Below are positions 8,449-15,218 of a stretch of DNA of 29,010 bases, piece by piece. The position numbers and the translations under genes are program-made. The notes under the pieces were generated by a model that saw nothing but the letters and a program-made list of their open reading frames with translations, ran no database searches and was not told the origin of the DNA. The stretch covers positions 1 to 29,010 of the forward strand of contig JAYPIC010000017.1 in the NCBI GenBank assembly GCA_038127595.1, in the 5' to 3' direction. This stretch comes from a bacterium (GTDB taxonomy: Bacteria; Fidelibacterota; Marinisomatia; Marinisomatales; UBA1611). Position 1 is the first letter of the stretch, and each line of letters starts with the position of its first letter.

Positions 8449-9330
8449 ATGGCTGGCGCAGAATTTAAAAACGGATACAAAAAAGGTTTTGAAGATGGGG
8501 CTAACTCTGTTGAAGAGGGGCTTCCTGGATGGTTCGGAACTTTTGCAGACATGATGACATTATTATTTGCATTTTTTGTATTACTTGCTGCTATATCCAC
8601 TATGGATCCTGTAAAACTTCAAGAAATGGCAAATTCTGAGGGCAAGTCACTAGGGAGCAAAATCAAAGCCAGCGGAAAAGCTGAAGAAGAAGGTGAGTTT
8701 GAACCAATTAAAAATTTGGCTGAAATGAAAAAAGAGATGGAAGAAACTATCGAGGAGATGAAGAAAGAGAATCCAAAAGGTGACCCTCCAATCGATATTC
8801 AAACTAGCTCAAAAGGTCTAATAGTAAATATCAAAGGCGATTATGCTTTTCCTATTGGTAAAGCCTCTATGAAAGAAGAGTTAAAAGGACTTTTAGATGA
8901 AGAAATTATACCAAAAATTCAATTAAGCCCTTTTCAAGTAGAGGTAGCCGGTCATTCTGATTCAGATAAAATGCCAAAAAAATGGAGAAAGAACTTTGCT
9001 ACTAACTGGGAACTTTCTGCTGCAAGAGGTGCTAGTGTGGTTCGTTATATGATTGACAAGGGAGTACCCGCACCACGATTATTGGCTGCAGGTTATGGTC
9101 CTTGGGCTCCTCATGGACTTGATAGTGTAAAAAAGCAAAACCCAATGTGGAATCCTTTAACATTAACTTGGAAAGACCCTGTTAAGACTGCAGACGGGAA
9201 AGAAATGCCAACTGTTTTAAGTCTAAATAAAAACGAAAAAATGAAATCTAAAAACAGAAGAATTCAAATTACTTTTTTAAATCCGCCACATCATGGTAAG
9301 GGGCGGTCAGCAACAAGCTATGAAGATTAA
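8449..9330 (+). CDS. motB: Flagellar-type stator B subunit (MotB/PomB family) with OmpA-like peptidoglycan-binding domain
   Basis: WFGTFADMMTLLFAFFVLL (conserved Asp34), plug helix DPVKLQEMANS, VEVAGHSD, NWELSAARG, GYG and NRRIQI. Confidence 0.93.
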   Translation: MAGAEFKNGYKKGFEDGANSVEEGLPGWFGTFADMMTLLFAFFVLLAAISTMDPVKLQEMANSEGKSLGSKIKASGKAEEEGEFEPIKNLAEMKKEMEETIEEMKKENPKGDPPIDIQTSSKGLIVNIKGDYAFPIGKASMKEELKGLLDEEIIPKIQLSPFQVEVAGHSDSDKMPKKWRKNFATNWELSAARGASVVRYMIDKGVPAPRLLAAGYGPWAPHGLDSVKKQNPMWNPLTLTWKDPVKTADGKEMPTVLSLNKNEKMKSKNRRIQITFLNPPHHGKGRSATSYED

Positions 9331-9351
9331 ATACATACCGAGGAGTATTTC

Positions 9352-11205
9352 ATGATAAAAATAGTTTCAAATATTAAAAAAAGATTAGCGGTTTTCTTAC
9401 TGTCTGCTCTTTTAATAGGCCAAGGGTCTGGCTACCTAGCACAAAAGCTTATGGTAGAAAATAATATAAGAGAAAGAATTAAAGACGCTCTTTCTAAGAT
9501 TATTGACAGTAATAAATATGTTATTAACGTTGATATTGATCTAGATATTAGTGATGAAGTGGAAGAGCAAATCACAGTTTTGTCAGAAAAAAATTCAAAC
9601 CAGTCTGCTAATGATATGCCTGAAGAAAAGAACACTGTAGAAGAATCTTTATCAAGTATTCAGCAATCAATAGAATCAGAAGAAGAATCTAGCCAGTCTG
9701 GTTACTCTGTTGGGTTACCTATTCCTGGGTTTGAAATGGATTTTACGAATTCAAATAAAGCTTCAAAAAAAGCCGAAGAACCAAAGCCTCCAGTAATGTC
9801 AGTTGAAACAAAGAAACCAATTGAAGTTACTGATAAGAGTAGTAGTTCTAATGAACCTCGGGTTGACAAAATTTTGTCTAGGACAAGACCATCTAGAGCT
9901 GAAGTAAAAAAGATGTATATTAGTTTAATTTTACAAGAGGGAGCTGCTCCAGAGCTTATCGAAAATATCAGACAATTAACTATGGCCGCTGCAAAATTTG
10001 ATAGAAACCGTGGTGATAAGCTAACTATCATGACTGCTAGTTTTAGAGAAAGAAGAGATCAGCGCTCAGCTGAACAGATCATGCTGAAAAACATAGCAGA
10101 AAAAATTGAACTTCTTGAGCAAAAAAGAGAAATTGAAGAAAATACCCAAGATGCTACCTGGAAAGATGAATTAACTAGATATAGAGAAGAAGAGGCGGCT
10201 AGAAGAGAGGATGATAGAAAGTTTTTTGAGGGACAAATTTCACAATTAGAACAGCAAGCCAAAGATCGCGCTTATGCTCAAGAGAAAAAGGACATGCTTT
10301 TAAGAGACTCTTTAAAGCTAAAAAAATTAAATGATGAAATTGTTGCTTTGAAATCAATGCTTAAGAGCGCCGAAAAACGTGATAGTTTAAAAACCGTTAG
10401 CAAGCAAGAACGTATAGATTCTTTAAGGTATGTTAGCCTTAGTACTGAGCTTGATGAGTTAGCAAAATCACTTCAAACTGCAGTTGTTTCAAAATCTAAA
10501 GATGAAGAAGTGAAGGCAAAGCGTAAAATTCAAGCTGAAATGGCTGAGAGAGAAAAACAGAAAGAAAAAAGAGAACAAGAAATTGCTGACAAGATTCGTG
10601 AACTTGATAGCGTTCAAGAAGAGCTAGATAAGTTGCATCAAGATATGGAAAAAGAAAGTGGAAATACTTTCATCATCTTAATTGTTCTTGGTGCTTTGGT
10701 ATTTATTTTGATAGCAGCTTTAATATTTGTTTTGTTAAGAAATAATAGCAGGCAAGCACCTGTTCCTCCTTGGATGATGCCTCCACCACCGCGTAGACCA
10801 AGAAGGAAAAGAAGAGAGGCACCAAATAAAGAGAAAGAGTCTAAACAAAATTCAAAAACTGAAGAACCAGCATCAAAGTCTCAGTCTGAGGAGCCTGTAG
10901 TTACGCCACCTGCACCTCAGCCTGAGCAGTCCGCTGATCAAGAAGTAACAGGCGCTAATAAAGAAGAATCGCAGCCTGAAAGTTCCTTGCCACCATCGAG
11001 TGATAATGATCCAGATGTGGTCAGGAGTGAAATAAATGATATACGCAAATCCGTTGTCTCTATGAGTGTAGGTCAACCGGATAGGACTACCACAATAGTA
11101 AAAGAATGGTTAGAACAACCAGAACCTACACCGCCAGCTGAACCTGAGCAAGAGGCACCTGCTGCTGATGCAGATAGCGATGGTTCTGAAGAGAAAGAAA
11201 AGTAA
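9352..11205 (+). CDS. Atypical FliF-like M-ring protein (RBM3/beta-collar only, long coiled coil, TM helix, FliG-binding tail)
   Basis: VENNIRERIKDALSKIIDSNKYVINVDIDLD, LPIPG, VDKILSRT...VKKMYISLIL and IENIRQLTMAAAKFDRNRGDKLTIMTASF match the FliF C-terminal RBM3 pattern. TM at aa ~440-462. C-terminal VVSMSVGQPDRTTTIVKEWL matches the FliF P-x7-W-L tail. Directly upstream of fliG; GAGGAG RBS. Confidence 0.78.
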   Translation: MIKIVSNIKKRLAVFLLSALLIGQGSGYLAQKLMVENNIRERIKDALSKIIDSNKYVINVDIDLDISDEVEEQITVLSEKNSNQSANDMPEEKNTVEESLSSIQQSIESEEESSQSGYSVGLPIPGFEMDFTNSNKASKKAEEPKPPVMSVETKKPIEVTDKSSSSNEPRVDKILSRTRPSRAEVKKMYISLILQEGAAPELIENIRQLTMAAAKFDRNRGDKLTIMTASFRERRDQRSAEQIMLKNIAEKIELLEQKREIEENTQDATWKDELTRYREEEAARREDDRKFFEGQISQLEQQAKDRAYAQEKKDMLLRDSLKLKKLNDEIVALKSMLKSAEKRDSLKTVSKQERIDSLRYVSLSTELDELAKSLQTAVVSKSKDEEVKAKRKIQAEMAEREKQKEKREQEIADKIRELDSVQEELDKLHQDMEKESGNTFIILIVLGALVFILIAALIFVLLRNNSRQAPVPPWMMPPPPRRPRRKRREAPNKEKESKQNSKTEEPASKSQSEEPVVTPPAPQPEQSADQEVTGANKEESQPESSLPPSSDNDPDVVRSEINDIRKSVVSMSVGQPDRTTTIVKEWLEQPEPTPPAEPEQEAPAADADSDGSEEKEK

Positions 11206-11222
11206 GGGTAGGAGGTTTAGAT

Positions 11223-12167
11223 ATGATAACAGATTATAATCGCCTATCGGGGCTTCATAAAGTTGCAATTCTTTTTTCAGTGCTAGGTGAAAGCCTTGCT
11301 ATGTCGCTTATTAAGGGTTTATCTCGTACTGAGGTAAGAAAAATAAGAGCTACTATTCGAGAAATGGATAGCGTTTCGTTTACGCTGAAAAGACGAATAA
11401 TGGAAGAATTCTATTTTGGTTTTTTAAGTGAACAATTTTCTGAAGAAGGTGGAGATGATGAGGATGAAGGACCCATCAAGCCATTTGAGTTTTTAACTGA
11501 AATGACTGATGAGCAGCTCGTTGCACTTCTTGCAAATGAAGATGTCCCAGTAATTGCTATAGCATTAGCTCAGCTAGACTCATCCAAAAGAATGTCCATA
11601 CTAGAACGTATGAAACCTGAAGAAAAAGGGAAAGTATTAATTGAACTTGGTAGTTTGCAGGATGTTCCTTTAGAAGCGATAGTAGAGGTTGCGGGTAAAT
11701 TAAAAGAAAAAGCATCTTACTTACCCAAGCCAGTTGAGTTTTCTAGGGGCGGAGCCAAAGAGATAGCTGACTTAATTGGAGAGATGAGTGCAGATGAAGC
11801 TGAAAGATATATGCAAACTCTTCAAAATGAAAATCCTGAACTATATAAAGATGTTAAAATGTTAGTTCTAACTTTTGAGGATATTTTGGCTAATTTCCCA
11901 GATGGAATTCTAAGAGATCTTTGTAATAGTGTTGAGCTTGATGCATTAGCAATGGCCTTGAAGGGAATTGAACAAGAAACTGTCGACAGAGTTATTGGTA
12001 ATTTACCTCAGAAAAAACAAGCTATGTTTGAGCCCGTTGAAGGTCCAAAACCCAAGAGGGAGGTTGATGATGCTAGAAAAATCATTGTCACTGCGGCTAA
12101 AGCAATGGAAAAAGAAGGTGCTTTTAATTTAGCAGATATGATGGGTGGTGGAGAAATGATTGAATAA
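11223..12167 (+). CDS. fliG: FliG-like rotor protein
   Basis: LSGLHKVAILFSVLGE (FliG-N), PFEFL, GG linker (SRGGAKEIADLI), ENPEL...TFEDI, LAMALKG, GP...EVDDARKIIV and EGAF; AGGAGG RBS. Confidence 0.9.
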   Translation: MITDYNRLSGLHKVAILFSVLGESLAMSLIKGLSRTEVRKIRATIREMDSVSFTLKRRIMEEFYFGFLSEQFSEEGGDDEDEGPIKPFEFLTEMTDEQLVALLANEDVPVIAIALAQLDSSKRMSILERMKPEEKGKVLIELGSLQDVPLEAIVEVAGKLKEKASYLPKPVEFSRGGAKEIADLIGEMSADEAERYMQTLQNENPELYKDVKMLVLTFEDILANFPDGILRDLCNSVELDALAMALKGIEQETVDRVIGNLPQKKQAMFEPVEGPKPKREVDDARKIIVTAAKAMEKEGAFNLADMMGGGEMIE

Positions 12168-12193
12168 TCATCTATCTAATTTTCTTTAATTTT

Positions 12194-12223
12194 AAAAAAG
12201 CCCCAAATTTTTGGGGCTTTTTT
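12194..12223. terminator. Bidirectional intrinsic terminator between fliG and the OPT gene
   Basis: AAAAAAGCCCCAAATTTTTGGGGCTTTTTT: GC stem with A/T tracts on both sides, between convergent genes. Confidence 0.9.
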
Positions 12224-12228
12224 GTTAA

Positions 12229-14130
12229 CTATTTTAATAATCTTGGTTTTGATTGAATGTAGATCCAATATACCGTAATTATTGAAATGATAAGTGTTAA
12301 TCCACTGATTATGTCAGAATCAATGCCCAAATCAAGATTTTTTATTCCAGCTCCAGCAATAAATGCTAGTAAGATTCCCATCAATGATTCTCCTGCGATT
12401 AAACCGGATGATAAAAGAATTCCTCTTTGAAGTATATTGTCTGGTTCTCCTTTTGTTTTATTCTCTGATAGAATGAAATGAGCCATCACTCCACCTATAA
12501 GAATTGGTGTAGAAAGACCAAAAGGCAGATAAATACCAACAGCAACAGGCATAAGGTGAAGTCTAAAATAGCTACCTTTTGATTCGAGAATAGAGTCAAT
12601 TATAAGAATTATAATTCCGAGTGCACATCCAATTAAAACCATGTTCCAAGGAAGAATACCGTCTCCAAAAAAGCCTTTTGCAAGGCTTGCAAATAAGCCT
12701 GCTTGAGGTGCTGCAAGTTCTCTACCGCCAATCCCACCTGGAGTGTTTTCATGAAGCAATTGCATGATTGGAGCCATTACTAGAGAAGCAACTGCAACGC
12801 CAGCGATTTGCATTGTTTGTTGTCTATAAGGAGTTGCTCCTACAATTTGACCAGTTTTAAGGTCATTACAAACATCTCCTGAAGTACATGCAGCACAGCA
12901 TACTATTGCAGCTACACCAAGCGTAGCTATCATTCCTTCTGTACCAGAAAACCCAAAGATATAGAGCATGCCACCAGTAAATAGCACAGCAGTAATTGTC
13001 ATGCCCGAAACCGGAGAATTTGAGTTTCCAACTAGTCCTACAATATAGGATGCAACTGCAGTAAAAAAGAATGCCATTACAATCATGATTATCGTTGTTA
13101 TTGCAGCAATTGCTGCATTATTTGTAATGTAAAAATAAACGCCACCAACCAAGACAATAGCAATTACTGAAAATATATTAATTGCCTTTGCTGATATATT
13201 TTGTTCATTTAAAGGAGTGTTACTTTGATCTGAATTTATTTGGCTTTTCCGCAATACTTTGATAGCATCAATCAATCCTTTTCTCACTTTAAAGATTGAG
13301 GCCATACCGCCAATTACCATGGCTCCAACGCCTATGTATCTTATTTTTGTAGACCATAGAGTCCATGCCCCATCGGCAGGGTGTGATATATAGTCTAATC
13401 CTCCACCTAACAAAGGTATGCCGATTAGCCACCCTATGGACCCACCAATAAAAATAAGCACAGCCACATTTAGTCGAACGATGAATCCCACAGCAAGTAA
13501 AGCAGGAGATATATCGCTACCAAAAAAGAATATTCTACTGCCACTTAGCATTGCTGTTTCGAGATTACCCTTAAGAATTCCGGCGAATGAAATCAACCCT
13601 TTAAATGCGCCGCCAACTAGGGCTCCTTTAATAATTGATGTTGCACTATCCGATTCAGCATCATCTTGTCCAGCTTCAAGTACAGATGCACATGCTAGCC
13701 CTTCTGGGTATTGCAGATTGTCTTCATTTTTTACAATGAAAACCTGTCTCATTGGGATCATAAACAATATACCAAGTAGTCCTCCTGTAAAAGCAATTAC
13801 AGTTGTAAGGTACATATCAAATGACTGCCAGACGCCGATTAATATTAATGCTGGCATTGTGAAAATTATTCCTGCTGCTAGAGATTCACCTGCAGAAGCA
13901 GCTGTCTGAATTTGATTCGCTTCTAAAATTGAGTTCGAAGTTCCACTCATTCTGGAAAAATATTTTAAAGCTAACATACCAAGAACAGCTGCAGGTATAG
14001 AAGCTGAAACGGTCATTCCCGCTTTAAGTCCGAGGTAAACATTTGCTGACCCCATTATTACAGATAACAATAAACCTAAAACAATTACTCTTAAATTTAA
14101 TTCTGGCAATAATTTTGAATCATTTTGCAT
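12229..14130 (-). CDS. OPT family oligopeptide/metal-chelate transporter
   Basis: ELNLRVIVLG, ANVYLGLKAGMTVSASIPAAV, QTAASAGESLAAG, YPEGLACA, SPVSG, DLKTGQIVGATP, LAAPQA and SGLIAGESLMG; many TM helices. Confidence 0.93.
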   Translation of the reverse strand: MQNDSKLLPELNLRVIVLGLLLSVIMGSANVYLGLKAGMTVSASIPAAVLGMLALKYFSRMSGTSNSILEANQIQTAASAGESLAAGIIFTMPALILIGVWQSFDMYLTTVIAFTGGLLGILFMIPMRQVFIVKNEDNLQYPEGLACASVLEAGQDDAESDSATSIIKGALVGGAFKGLISFAGILKGNLETAMLSGSRIFFFGSDISPALLAVGFIVRLNVAVLIFIGGSIGWLIGIPLLGGGLDYISHPADGAWTLWSTKIRYIGVGAMVIGGMASIFKVRKGLIDAIKVLRKSQINSDQSNTPLNEQNISAKAINIFSVIAIVLVGGVYFYITNNAAIAAITTIIMIVMAFFFTAVASYIVGLVGNSNSPVSGMTITAVLFTGGMLYIFGFSGTEGMIATLGVAAIVCCAACTSGDVCNDLKTGQIVGATPYRQQTMQIAGVAVASLVMAPIMQLLHENTPGGIGGRELAAPQAGLFASLAKGFFGDGILPWNMVLIGCALGIIILIIDSILESKGSYFRLHLMPVAVGIYLPFGLSTPILIGGVMAHFILSENKTKGEPDNILQRGILLSSGLIAGESLMGILLAFIAGAGIKNLDLGIDSDIISGLTLIISIITVYWIYIQSKPRLLK

Positions 14131-14174
14131 AAAATCCTTTACATTATATTATTGAGCAACATTACGAAATTTGT

Positions 14175-15218
14175 TTAGTTATAATGAACTATATTTTCAC
14201 CTTTAATTACCTCACCAATAGTATAGATATTTGTAATATTTTTTAAAGCCTTTTCTATAGAATCCACAGAATCATTATCTACAATAAAAACCATACCAAT
14301 ACCCATGTTGAACGCTTGGCACATTTCTTCTTCTTCAACGTTGCCAAGGTCTTTCAGAGTATCAAATATTGGTAGGGATGGCCAAGTCCCTTTTTGAATT
14401 TTTACTGAGCATCCATTAGGCAATATGCGAGGTATGTTTTCTGTTAAGCCTCCGCCGGTAATATGTGCAATTCCTTTTACATTGATCTTTTCATTTAACA
14501 ATTTAAAAACATGGTTAGTATAGTTTATGTGCGGCTTTAGTAGTGCTGCTCCAACTGTATCATTAAGACTTTCAAGGTATGTATCAACATCATATCCCAT
14601 ATCTTTAAAGAAAATTTTTCTTGCCAGTGAATACCCGTTTGTATGCAAACCATTTGATGGCAATCCAACTAAAACATCACCTGGTGAAATGTTTTTACCA
14701 GTTATAATTTTATCTTTATCAACTATGCCTGTTATAACGCCAACAAGATCATGTTCGCCTGGTAAATATGTGTCTGGCATTTCAGCGGTTTCTCCACCAA
14801 CAAGCGATACGCCAGTTTCTTTGCATGCTTTTGCCATGCCCTCGACAATTTTATCAACAATTATAGGGTTTAGTCTATCATTTGCAATGTAATCTAAAAA
14901 TGTTAATGGTTTTGCGCCCATTACCAAAATATCGTTAGCACACGCACTCAAAAGATCTATGCCGATTGTATTAAATTTTTTCATTTTTCTGGCAATGATT
15001 GTTTTGGTCCCTACACCATCAATGCTTTGAACCAAAACGGGGTTTACGTAGTTTGATAATATTTCTTTGATACTATATAACGACCCGAAACTTCCAATGC
15101 CAGTGAGCACCTCTTTCGTGTGAGTACTTTTAACTTTTTTCTTAATTAAGTTTACAGCTTCATTGCCTGCTTTGATATCTACACCTGCAGATTTATAGTC
15201 TGTTTTTTTATCGTTCAT
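14175..15218 (-). CDS. purM: Phosphoribosylformylglycinamidine cyclo-ligase (AIR synthetase)
   Basis: YKSAGVDI, DGVGTK, ND...GAKPLTFLDY, GGETAEMP, GLHTNGYSL, AHITGGG and FNMGIG. Confidence 0.97.
   Translation of the reverse strand: MNDKKTDYKSAGVDIKAGNEAVNLIKKKVKSTHTKEVLTGIGSFGSLYSIKEILSNYVNPVLVQSIDGVGTKTIIARKMKKFNTIGIDLLSACANDILVMGAKPLTFLDYIANDRLNPIIVDKIVEGMAKACKETGVSLVGGETAEMPDTYLPGEHDLVGVITGIVDKDKIITGKNISPGDVLVGLPSNGLHTNGYSLARKIFFKDMGYDVDTYLESLNDTVGAALLKPHINYTNHVFKLLNEKINVKGIAHITGGGLTENIPRILPNGCSVKIQKGTWPSLPIFDTLKDLGNVEEEEMCQAFNMGIGMVFIVDNDSVDSIEKALKNITNIYTIGEVIKGENIVHYN

Noticed and set aside
7651..9330. Zorya (ZorAB) anti-phage system or ExbBD/TolQR as the identity of the MotAB pair
   Set aside because: The A subunit has 4 TMs, flagellar-type motifs and no long ZorA tail; no ZorC/D/E is present. 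The B subunit has a plug and an OmpA domain, unlike ExbD/TolR. fliF/fliG-like genes are adjacent.
9432..11076. Four short minus-strand ORFs within the FliF-like gene
   Set aside because: Ser/Phe/Leu-rich mirror translations of a Glu/Lys-rich sense gene.
9352..12167. Pseudogenised flagellar remnant
   Set aside because: All ORFs are long and intact with good RBSs. The changes include gains (coiled-coil stalk, MotB insert) as well as losses. Not fully excluded without dN/dS.
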